A stretch of 63,403 nucleotides of DNA, the filler included, from Choristocarpus tenellus KU-1152 (lineage: Eukaryota; Protista; Phaeophyceae): the NCBI GenBank assembly GCA_964200185.2. It is 14 parts of 14 records of this genome, joined end to end, with 100 filler letters (N's around TTAATTAATTAA, not from the genome) between each part and the next. Parts side by side here need not be neighbours in the genome. Positions count along the whole stretch, not along the records: positions 45,727 to 53,957 come from CAXNAD020004962.1; positions 54,058 to 57,028 come from CAXNAD020023258.1; positions 57,129 to 59,804 come from CAXNAD020025734.1; positions 59,905 to 63,403 come from CAXNAD020019617.1; 10 more parts are not named here. One strand, written 5' to 3'. A program made the translations under genes and the position numbers. Positions 53,261 through 63,403 of this stretch are shown piece by piece (position 1 is the first letter of the stretch; each line of letters begins with the position of its first letter). The notes below the pieces were generated by a model. The model ran no database searches, was not told the origin of the DNA, and saw only the letters and a program-made list of their open reading frames with translations.

Positions 53261-53957
53261 CATGAACTGCATGAACTCCAAACACAGCAGCCCACTGCAC
53301 GCACCAGAGTTGAGGTGGACAATGCTGTGCCCATGCAACCAGGTAGTAGTTCAACCCCTGCCACCACTGCTGAACTGGGGCCCGCCACACATGCCTTGGT
53401 CAGTGTTTCCCCCATCCCTTGCGGTGATGAGAATGACAGCAAAATACCCATCAAAATTGGTGCGGCAGCTGTCTCCTTGCCATTACCTCTACAGCCAACT
53501 TTTGAACCGACTGCCGCAGCAGCCAATGCTGGCACAATCACTTTTGCCAGTACTGCTGACATGTCAACTCCTGATCTTGCCTCCACAGCTTCCTATTCCT
53601 CCTCTGCCAGTGCTGCTGCCAGTGCTGCTGCCAGTGCTGCTATCTGTGCCGCTGCTGCTGCTGCCGCTGCTGCCACAACCACCTCTGGCAATTTATCACA
53701 AGACATGAATGTACCACACACACCTGCCCGCACAGGAAAGAGTGTGTCTCGAGGTGGATCCCCTGCCACCACAATATCTGAAGATGAGATGGACCCTTTT
53801 GATATTCAACGCCTTGGTCAATCTTCTATGAATGTGTCCCTGCATGAGGCACGGCAGGGAGTGGGGGTGTCAAAGGACTTGAGGGCCAGGGCAGTGGAGG
53901 TTGAAGGGGTGGGGTCGGCAGAGGGGGGAGGATTTTCATCCAAGCCTCAGAGGGCGT
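53261..53957 (+). CDS. Large Ala/Ser/Thr-rich exon of an unknown gene divergent from COG8 (possible first exon 52513-52575)
   Basis: ~700-bp open frame running into a linker, preceded by a pyrimidine tract and AG. Confidence 0.5.
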
Positions 53958-54057
53958 NNNNNNNNNNNNNNNNNNNNNNNNNNNNNNNNNNNNNNNNNNN
54001 NTTAATTAATTAANNNNNNNNNNNNNNNNNNNNNNNNNNNNNNNNNNNNNNNNNNNN

Positions 54058-55520
54058 GGAAGAGACTTCACTACGGTAAGCAGGTTCTGCCTGTGTGACT
54101 GTGTGCCTGTTGGGTGGGGGGGGGGGGGAGGGAGGAATTAATCACACCTCCATTTTGTGAACGCAAATTATAGTGTGAGTCCTTTTTTGTAAAGAAAGAA
54201 CAAGCTTACATTGTAAGCTGTCTTTTGTGCTGGTGTGTAGTACTCCAAGCACATGTCTTCAACAATTAACTGTATATGAAGTATCGCATTACTAGAGGTC
54301 TGTATGTTGTTTGCCTATTGCTGTGAGAGGATGACAGTGTTGACTTATATCGGGTATACCTTTGTGCAAATTTTTGAGTGTGTTCTATTTACTTGATTAC
54401 CTCGTTGTGTTTAGTGTTGTCCACATTAATAGGGGATATTTGTATAATCTATCAATAGCCCTAACCCTAGGACAAGAATGTATCCTATGAGCCTTTCCAT
54501 CGAGTTTTTCTAATGCCAAGCATTTGCCAAAACACCTTTTTTCCAGTAAACCATGCGATTGATATGATTTTGAGTATGTGGTGTGATACTGTCATTCCTA
54601 AGCAGCACAATAGTGTTGCAGAATCCCCTGCACTCTTGAACGCTTTGATGATATAAGATACACCTCTATCCAGAGGGTCTCATCTGCCACATCCGTAGCG
54701 ACCAAACAGGCCTACATGCATTTTCAGCATAGAAACAGGGAGTCAGTCTCTAAGCTGAAAGACCATAGTGTTTGAAATTTTTTAAGACCTAATCCCGTGA
54801 TACTTTTGATTATCAACTAAAAATTCCAAATGTCTGTTGGGCACTCCATCAACATGTTTGCTTGACGGACCAGAAGACTTTGGAACAGGCTTGTTTGGTC
54901 CACTCCTTTTTTGATAGTTTGTGCATATGATTAATGTTTTGCTGATGAAAATGAAGAGGATCAAACACCTATGTGATTTTGTAGCAACTACAGGGTCCCT
55001 CATTTTTCTGTTGGTTGGATGTGTTCTCAACACGCATCTTTACATATTTTGAGTACATTGCTGTGCGACCGAGTTCTATGAATAGAGACTGTACTTTAAC
55101 ATATACATAGAGAACCATATCAACATTTATCGTGGCATTATCTTTCAGGGTATAATGTGAAGCAAGTTGAAATGTGGATGTATCCTATTGGCTAAGAGTA
55201 GTGTGTTTGGACCATGCCGTTGAAGTTTAGTAATGCTGCTGTTGATAACACCTCCCTCCTGTGCCCCTTGATCTTGGCATGGCATGTCTCCACATCCACC
55301 CACCTACCCACTAACCCACCCCCGCTCACTTCTCCCTCGCTTTGTTTCCATTCTTGGCAGGTATGCTGTACAGATGCTGACTCCAGCTAGGATTTTGGCA
55401 GACACCTGTGGGAGGAGCAAGATCTCGAAGGAGGATGTGGAGGAGGTGAACGGTCTGTTCCATGATGCAAAGGCATCAGCACAGCTCCTCACAAGGGATG
55501 CAGAGGGGTACCTCAAGTGA
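54058..55520 (+). CDS. RUVBL1: RuvB-like 1 (Pontin), last two exons 54058-54075 and 55361-55520
   Basis: EETSLR|YAVQMLTPARILADTCGRSKISKEDVEEVNGLFHDAKASAQLL...YLK* matches the RUVBL1 C-terminus (LTPA, LFxDAKxSA), not RUVBL2. Confidence 0.9.
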
Positions 55521-55636
55521 CATAAGTTTTGTTTACATTTACAACTTTGGTGTCATGCATTCGAAGGAGAAGAAATGTATACGTTTGGATGTGAACATGT
55601 GTTTGTGCATATGTGTTTAGTGGTTTGGTTGTGCCA

Positions 55637-55676
<40 letters not shown>

Positions 55677-58109
55677 GATGTGTGAAACTAGAATGGAGGA
55701 GCCACACGCAAGTATGCTCTGTGTGGTATGTGGCAAGGAGGGTTGGGGCAAGGGAGGGTAAGACATGTCTCATTTGCAGGCTTTGTTGTTTGCGTGGTCT
55801 GTATCTAAGCTGGTTTGAGGTTTGTGGAACTGCTTGGGAAAATGGAACCAGAAGAGTAGCATATCTGATGAAGAGAGGGATGTAAAGGTCTTTGCTGTTT
55901 TGACTATGTTGACTGTGCCTCTCCGGAATGCTACCACCTGATGGCGGTTACATGATCCAGTATCGTTGAGTCGGGTTTTGAGTCACAGGCTTGACTGCAA
56001 GAAACTCCAGTACTAGTTCATCGCTAAGGTGATCTTGATACTGATGAGGATCAAGAGATACAGTTAACAACAGGCAATAGGAAAAGTGATCCGACTCTGT
56101 TTTGGGCTGCTGTTGCATTGTGGATATACTGGATTGATACTATTGATATGCTGGATGGTGTAATAGTGTGTGCCATAGATGAAAGGCACACACACTATGC
56201 TCTTGCCCTATGACTTGAACAAGTATCAATGGTATAGCAATTAGGCATCACATACAAGAGAATGGGCTCTCTGTTTAGGTCAGGACTCTACTACTGTTGG
56301 ATTTTCATCAGTAACTGGAACCTCTCAATTTTTTCTAAGACTTGGAAACAACAGCAGCGATGAGGACAAGGACAAGCGGATAAGCTATTCCATCCATGCA
56401 TGGGTACTATCCAATGTAGCCATTGCAATCTGTCAGGGACAAGGAACTCCTCATCCTGTATCTGCCATTGCCGACATCTAGACCATCTATCACCTGCAGG
56501 GGTCACCTACACATATAATCCGGTTACTGCCTTCTGGAGTAGAGTAATTTGAACAGATAACAATGGTGTGACTGTTACTACAGTCAAGGCACAAGTTGAA
56601 TGAAAAGTTGTCCGCTGTAGTGGATGTTTTACCATTGTAGTAGCATCGCCAATACCTTCAAGGTGGAAATGTTTGGGGCATACTGGGATTTGGGCAGAGC
56701 TTGTATCTGAATTTTATTTGCGGGGTAGATGTGACCAAGTAGAGTATTCTTTGGTTAATGAACTGCTTGTGAGGACATATTAGCAATTTGCACTACCCCT
56801 GACCCGTCATCAGAATCCAATGTTGTAACTGTTCGAGCAACAGTAATAAATTCCCAAGGATCATTAATATTTAATTAATCAATATCATGAAATGAACAGA
56901 CACGTGGTTGTAAAACAGCATCACAAGTATCAGAGGGGGTTTCTTCACATACAGCACATACAAGCGTTTCTGATTCTGGGGGAATTGTTTTTTTTTCCCT
57001 CAAGCGAAATGGGACAGATGGAAATTTCNNNNNNNNNNNNNNNNNNNNNNNNNNNNNNNNNNNNNNNNNNNNTTAATTAATTAANNNNNNNNNNNNNNNN
57101 NNNNNNNNNNNNNNNNNNNNNNNNNNNNGGTTGTTGGGTTGGTGTGGGGGGGGGGGGGGGGGGGGGGGGGGGGGTGGCAACCTCGTGTGTGACTTTTTAA
57201 TATTTTTCTGCCTTGGAAACTTATCTCGCTGTTTTTTATTTTTCCTGAAAATGATAATTTGGTTTGCTGGTCAGGAGGGAGGGAGGTCGTGGGTTTGGTT
57301 TGTATGACCTTTGCAAAGTCCAGGCATCTCTGCAGCAGATTTCGTTTTTGCTCCATTGGTCTGATTGCTGTCTGCTTCCAGTGCCTTTACTCTCTTCAAT
57401 ATTTTTTCCCTAGAACTCCTACACTAACATTGTGTGTAACCTGTCCCCTATAAAAAAATACTGAAGACTTTCACACGTATATATTTATTTATGTTGTACT
57501 ATCTTGTTTGTTTTTTTTCTGGGAAGATATATACGGCGATCTTTTCTTACCCTGTTGCAAGTGGTGTAATAGTGGTTTTTTGGTATTTTTTCTTTTTGTG
57601 ACTGATCACAGCAAGAAGACTGCTTTTTCTGGTACTAACTACGATTGGTGATGTGAAGGCGGATTTCCCCTCAGTCCTTGGGGGACCGTGCGCTAGATGC
57701 CTGGATAGTCTTCACGTTTTGTTGTATTGTATGTTCATGGAGAGAGCGGTAGAGATGAATTGACCTCATGCAACGTTTCTTTTTCGTTCATGGGAGCCCC
57801 ACCCCTAGTCCAACTCGTGCTTGAAATGCATTCATCCCTCTGGTAGGCTTTGGAAAACCGTTTTGTTTGTTTTTTGCCCCCCTCGTGCGCCAGATATGAT
57901 TGTGTGCGTTTGGTATTGTGTGTGAATGCTAGGGTGTATGATATGATCGATTTTTCTTGTTCCGTCCTCCGGTAATCAGGGTTATTTCCGTATGTTTTGT
58001 TGTGTCAGGAGATTTTGATCATACTGATGGCCAACCAAACCCACCGTTTTCCCTCTGTGCTATTTGTTCCCCCTCCATCCCCCCCCTATCTGTACTGATC
58101 GATTTGCAG

Positions 58110-58457
58110 GCGCAGCCCTTGAGTCGTATGATATGGATACTGGAGAGTGGGTATTTCTCACGGAGCATTGGTCACGCTATGAAATGTCAGATGATGATGA
58201 TGACGATGTTGTTGATGGCTCTGGAGCTTCTGGTGGTTCCCGAAGAGTAGTAGTATCAAGTGATGCTGGTGGGCCTACTGGAACCATCACGGGGAAGGGG
58301 GGGAAGAATATCCTATCAGGTATGCATGAATTCAGCAGGGTTTTTTTCTGTTTTGTGTGGAGGTTCATAGTAGTAGTTGACAAAGTGTCAACTGCTGGTA
58401 AGTCATCCTACTCTAGAGTGTTTTATGAAGAAAGAGTTTTTTTTTATTTGCTCGCTT

Positions 58458-58488
<31 letters not shown>

Positions 58489-59804
58489 GCCCCTTCACTT
58501 GATTGTGGTTATGAGCACTATGCTTGCAAGTAAGCACTGCAAGTTGTGTAAACACCCCCATCACATGCCTTGGCTCTGTGTATTACCCAAAAATGTATGG
58601 GTTTTTTCTTTTTCAATCCCTCAGCCTGTGGAACCGTTGAAGCGCGTTCAAGTAGGATTGGTATGGACATGGAATCCTCTGACGAGGACGAAGGGAGGGG
58701 TGTTGGTGGGGGCGTGACAGGGGGTGGCAACAGTGGCAGAGATGGAAACATGGAAGAGGTAAGATAAGTCAAGTCTTGCTGTGCAATTGTAATGAATATG
58801 GAATGTTCCAGGTTAGTTCTGATTGTCACCTGAGCTTTCCAAGAGAGTGGAATTTGAGAGTTGTAGCAACTATGATACCAGCCCTTCATGAAAGGCGAGT
58901 AGATTTTTTTGTGGGGCAGGGGGGGCTGAGGTGAGTGTCTCATAACATTTTCAGTGAATTGAAGGTAATGAATGTTTTTCTGCAGTGTACCAATGTACAT
59001 ACAGCATTAGACTACCTTATTTTTTATTTTTTCCTTGTGGATCTCATCTTCGTTACTACTGATGCACACACTTCATACACTTGGGGACATGTGTGGGGGG
59101 GGGGGTTGTGGTGACACAAACTTCCAATTTGCGAGTAGGGTCACCATGAGGAAATCCCAGCATTCAGTATGGTGGGGATGGCTGAGGAAGGATATGACAG
59201 ACCCTGGCAACCCCGTCGTGCCACCAAAAACCTTGCTTCCATTGTTGGCATTGACACTTCCCGTGCGCGTCAGCTCCAGTCCACCATGTCCAAGGCTCGC
59301 TCCATAACAAAAGTGCCTCATCAGATTCCATCACCAGGCCTCCACCCTCTGCCTCATGACAGGGGTGTTGACAACCACCACATGCCTCCACCCTCGCCTA
59401 CCCCAGCCAGCACAGCCTCTGTGCTTGTGCCATGGGTACCACTGCCTGCCCCCCTGAGTGTGGGGACCTCTGTGACAGCAGGGTCCAGGTCTGAAATTTC
59501 TCCATTGCATGCTCCTCGTGGGGATCCAACCGATGCCGCTGCTGCAGCAGCTGCTCCTTTGTCCTACCCAGCAGCTGAGAGTGCTACTCTGAGTGCTCTT
59601 GCTATTGCTATGGGTAAGAGTGGGACAGGTTGGGGAGTGCATGCTGGTGTTAAGGGGGATCTTGGGCTTAGAATGGGAAGAAGTTTTAGAGTTGGCTGGG
59701 GCCCAGGGGGCAAGCTGGTGATCCCTGGTGCCTTTCAGGGGGGGGGTGGGGTTGGTGGGAGTGGGTCTAGAAACACAATGGTTGCTCCTGGCGGTAGCAA
59801 TGGG
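58110..59804 (+). CDS. NUP98: Nup98-Nup96 precursor, internal exons 58110-58319, 58625-58758, 59139-59804
   Basis: YDMDTGEWVFLTEHWSRYEMSDDDD (end of autoprotease domain and cleavage site) and Nup96 motif MGRSFRVGWGP; phases consistent. Confidence 0.88.
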
Positions 59805-60193
59805 NNNNNNNNNNNNNNNNNNNNNNNNNNNNNNNNNNNNNNNNNNNNTTAATTAATTAANNNNNNNNNNNNNNNNNNNNNNNNNNNNNNNNNNNNNNNN
59901 NNNNCCCCCCCCCAGATACTTGGACCCTAAAGGACAATGCCATTGCAGTTATATTGTGCTTTGGGGAGAATGATATACATCTTGTAAAAAAAAAATACTC
60001 AACCTCTTACTTCCTTGCCACACGCTACAAACCGTTTATAGGTATTTTGCACAATAGCTGGGCTTGTGTTCCTCTTGCCAGTTCTAGACTGCCTTTCTTG
60101 ACTGTCAGTATATTGCACACATCATCAGCAGCAGCAACAGCGAGGGGAGCGTAGTTGTTGCTGAGCACATCACCGTCTTCTACAGTAATGAAG

Positions 60194-60640
60194 GAGCCAA
60201 AGTATCTTAGAGGGTAGAGCCGCGTCCATTTAAGGGTCAAATTCCAACGTGAGTGAAAGTATCTTAGAGGGTACGAGTTTTGCCCTGCTTGTCTGTTTGG
60301 GCCTACCTTCCCATGGGCTTTTTTAGGACATTTTCCTACTCCAAAATGTTTTGGAGTAGGTGAAAAGTGTACATTATGAAAAGGTGCGTCCAGAACAAGG
60401 ATATTGACAACTCCTAACAATCACGATAGACAAAATTACATCAAAATCGCAATTTTGAATTTTGGCCCCAAATGGACGCTGCTCTACCCTCCAAGATACA
60501 AACGCTAACGTTGCAATTTCGATATAATTTTGACTATCGTATTTGTTAGGAAGTGTCAATATCCTTGTTCCGGTCACAACTTTTCATAACGCATACATTT
60601 TACCCACTCCGAAAAAATATGGAGTAGGAAAATGCCATAT
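60194..60640 (+). mobile_element. MITE subtype A with a second inverted subtype-A copy nested at 60251-60498
   Basis: Outer copy stops at TTCCAACGT and resumes AACGTTGCAATT at ~60507; inner copy starts GAGTGAAAGTATCTTAGAGGGTACGAG. Confidence 0.85.
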
Positions 60641-60789
60641 TGATGGGGTACCTGCAACTAGGTTGAACTCCCACCGTCCCGTGTTGCTTAAGCAAGTCAC
60701 CTAGGGTACCATCATCCAAACTAGTTGGCGAACTATCGGTGCCTCCCCTTGATGTCCTAGTTGGAGTAAAATATATGTATATATGTATG

Positions 60790-61376
60790 TGTGTATGCTC
60801 TGTCTCACCTGGGCCAGCCAGTGGTCTTCCCTTTACCCTCTTCTTCTTGTCTCTCTTCTTCTTGTCTTTGCTTACTTCTTTGGTTGGAGCGCCCACATTA
60901 AGGTCTTCCCACTTGGTGAATTCCCGTTCAGACAGACTGTTGGCATGAGTACCACAATCATGAAGCAGGGCCCAATCAGTCGCGGGGGGTGTTCACAATA
61001 TCAGTTGCGCCTAAGGGAGGTTGCTTCAGCAAACCCCAAAGGCTTCACAACCAACAAATTTTGGGATGAGCATGAGTCAAATTTCGGATTCAATAGTTGA
61101 CGTCACATCATCGTGACCGTCAACAGCAAGCAGTTCAGTAATTCTCAGGACATCCCTGTGGTTGATGTTGGTGTGAACTTGATCAACGACAGAGAAATGT
61201 GTACGCAATATACTTGTGTGCTCGCGAAAATAGATTGGACTGGGATCAGCTCCCAACAAGACCTGTCCATCACAACTACCTGTAGTACTTTTTCTCACTT
61301 GACCTCGATCAAACTCTAGCTCCAACTTTGAGACCAAAACTGACCGCTCACTTAAGACAGAATAATCAAGCATTAT
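60790..61376 (-). pseudogene. Possible Copia gag remnant
   Basis: SERSVLVSKLELEFDR...LGADPSPIYF resembles the gag segment at 25200-25300; followed by a Lys-rich stretch. Confidence 0.35.
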
Positions 61377-61691
61377 TGTTACAGCATGCTCCATAGCTTA
61401 ACTCCACAGGATTCATAGCTCCAGTCCATAAGCATATAGATGGTGCTGATGCGCGTACAGGACTCCTGATGCACAAGTCGTCAAGTATGCTGAATCTCTC
61501 ACTTGGATTATTCCATTCATAAGTATCAATATCATCATATAACGGAACTGATCAACGATATCCTATCCCTATCGAGCATCATGATGACCAATAATAGATA
61601 AAGAGTCAAGAAGTACAAATATATCAAATCTAGGACTTCAAGGTGATTATGGCGTTTATGAAACGGCCATCAAGACATATCGCATGTAACA
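61377..61691 (+). mobile_element. Solo LTR (TGTTACA...TGTAACA, 315 bp)
   Basis: 7-bp terminal inverted repeat with TG..CA; full-length inverted homolog at 62038-62345. Confidence 0.75.
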
Positions 61692-62037
61692 CTATTGTTA
61701 GTATGGTTGCCATTGATCCAGACCAACAATATACATTTTTCTTACAGAAAACATTCAGGAAAGGAACCCTGCAAACGAATGTAATCTCAAAACAATGTTG
61801 TCGAGTGCACAGCAGGCTTAAACTTTGCTGAACCGTAGACAATCTAAAATTGGGTACCCTGCTAAATGCTCAAGTCCCCAAAGTGTTGGAATGAGAACCA
61901 TGTACTATAGTAAGCGCCTCTCAGTCGTAGGTTAACAGATATTGAGTGCTAGGTACAAACTGATACTCATAGGAGACTGTGTGATGTTTGGACATGTTGA
62001 GGCAGGGACCTCCTGCTCAAATTGGGCTCTGCTCACA

Positions 62038-62345
62038 TGTTACAGGCGATATGTCTTGATGGCGGTTTCATAAGCACCAGTATGATCTTGAAGTCCTAGA
62101 TTTGATATATTTGTACTTTGTTTATTTATTATTTAGTCACTATCATGCACCCAGGTGGTACATTGTTGCCAGTTCCTTTTACACGATAATAATTTATACT
62201 TATGAAGGGAACAGTCCAAGTGAGAGATCCAGCACACTTGACGACTTTGTGCATCAGGAGTCCTGTATGTACACCAGCGCCATCTGTAGGCTTGTGGACT
62301 GGAGGTGTGCATCCCGTGGAGGTAAGCTATGGAGTGTGCTGTCAT
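62038..62345 (-). mobile_element. Solo LTR, inverted relative to 61377; 5-bp TSD TCACA
   Basis: TCACA at 62033-62037 and 62346-62350; reverse-complement similarity along its whole length. Confidence 0.75.
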
Positions 62346-62771
62346 TCACACTCTGTAATGTGCAATAGTATCAATTCAAGCATGCTCTTGGGATACGACA
62401 TGCCTCCTATTGTTAGCCCTACCATAATCATTTGTCTCATAATTTTTGTTATTGCGCACACATGATAGCCACCTAACCAAAAGAACACAGCATATTTCCC
62501 AAGTAGGTGATCAATGTCGAACTGTGACTGCTTCCTGCATCCACTACCATGTCTCAGTCTCCATCTGTCTGCCTCAGTAAAATAAACCTCATACTACTAA
62601 ATACTGCATTTTTCTGCCATCACAATAATCAATTATATCGAGATGTTACTACTATTATTGTTGTGTGCACGTACGAACTAAATATTGCGATCATGTGCAC
62701 CACATGTATATACGGGTATCATAGTTACTTTTCATTTAAATATGAAGTTTATATTGTTGGGTGGGCATCGT

Positions 62772-62843
62772 GAGTGAAAGTATCTTCGAGGGTACGAGTT
62801 TTGCCCTGTTTGTCCATTATTTGAGGCTTGACTTCCCATGGGC
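62772..62843 (-). mobile_element. Right-end fragment of MITE subtype A
   Basis: GAGTGAAAGTATCTTCGAGGGTACGAGTTTTGCCCTGTTTGTCC. Confidence 0.8.
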
Positions 62844-62996
62844 CCCAATCTGGCAACCAGTTTGTAGTCCTGGATGAGGGCTGTGAGTTTAAGGAAGAAA
62901 ATTAAGGCAAGTCCCTTCAGCAAAATGCAGTTGGAGAAAATTCTATTGAACTCCTTTCGGCAGACTCCACGGTCACAAACTGGTGGTCTCACCACT

Positions 62997-63254
62997 GACC
63001 CAAAACATTTAAGAGGGTAGGGCTGCATCCGTTCGGGGCCATAAATCCAACATTGCGATTTTGATTCATTTTGGCTACTGTGTTTGTTAGCAAGCGTCAA
63101 TATCCTTCCTCCATGCACACCTCTCATAGCCATATACATTTTAGGTAACAGTGTTTACATGGAAGATTGATGAAGGGCACAAAACCCCCTGTGGAAAGCC
63201 AAGCCCCGAACGGGCAAACAGGGCAAACTCCTATCCTCTTAAATGCTTTGACTC
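62997..63254 (+). mobile_element. Diverged MITE subtype A
   Basis: Colinear with the subtype-A consensus; ends CCTCTTAAATGCTTTGACTC. Confidence 0.75.
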
Positions 63255-63348
63255 TTCAAGCACAAAACAGATAAGTTCAATGAATAGTTGTTTGTCCAAC
63301 TGCCCGTTTGTGATGAACACTCTATTTGTCGAAGATCTAACCCCCATT

Positions 63349-63403
63349 GGCTCAAAGTATCTGGGGGGGGAGGTGGCTGTCCATTTGGGGCGAATTTTTT
63401 CAT
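63349..63403 (+). mobile_element. Left end of MITE subtype B at the window edge
   Basis: GGCTCAAAGTATCTGGGG...GCTGTCCATTTGGGGC. Confidence 0.8.

Noticed and set aside
55361-55520. RUVBL2 assignment
   Set aside because: LTPA and DAKASA match RUVBL1; RUVBL2 has ITAA and DESRS.
35532-59804. Functional cluster of Hsp70, COG8, RUVBL1 and NUP98
   Set aside because: Each lies on a different contig separated by artificial linkers, so adjacency is unsupported.
10276-59904. Recurring TTAATTAATTAA as a biological repeat or CRISPR-like array
   Set aside because: Always centred in an identical 100-bp N spacer; an artificial six-frame-stop linker.
61040-61100. Retropepsin-like FDSCSSQN motif
   Set aside because: The ILG-like motif lies on the wrong side and in a different frame; a gag remnant fits better.

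Overview
Eukaryotic, intron-rich, repeat-rich draft sequence: 14 short contigs joined by 13 artificial 100-bp N/TTAATTAATTAA/N linkers, so order across linkers is not biological. Gene style, TTAGGG-type motifs and the Copia PBS type suggest a brown alga or related ochrophyte (inference). Host gene fragments with splice phases traced by hand: an atypical Hsp70 (HSPA14/Ssz1-like), COG8 (8 exons), the RUVBL1 3' end, NUP98/96 around its autoproteolysis site, and several low-complexity exons of unknown genes. Most of the rest is mobile DNA: an abundant MITE family (GRGTCAAAGTATCT-like termini, unbiased 3-bp TSDs, three internal subtypes), two divergent decayed Copia elements, solo LTRs, CRE-like LINE 3' ends and a hAT remnant. 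Best candidates for novelty: (1) a decayed Sola2/Zator-like transposase C-terminus followed by Tudor-like domains, possibly the partner of the MITEs; (2) a 790-aa single-exon PDZ ORF with a SAP-like motif beside a Ulp1-like remnant, possibly a large cargo-carrying transposon; (3) unusually frequent GC-AG introns; (4) CpG-depleted gene bodies with CpG-rich gene 5' ends. All assignments are by-eye motif recognition; no searches were run.
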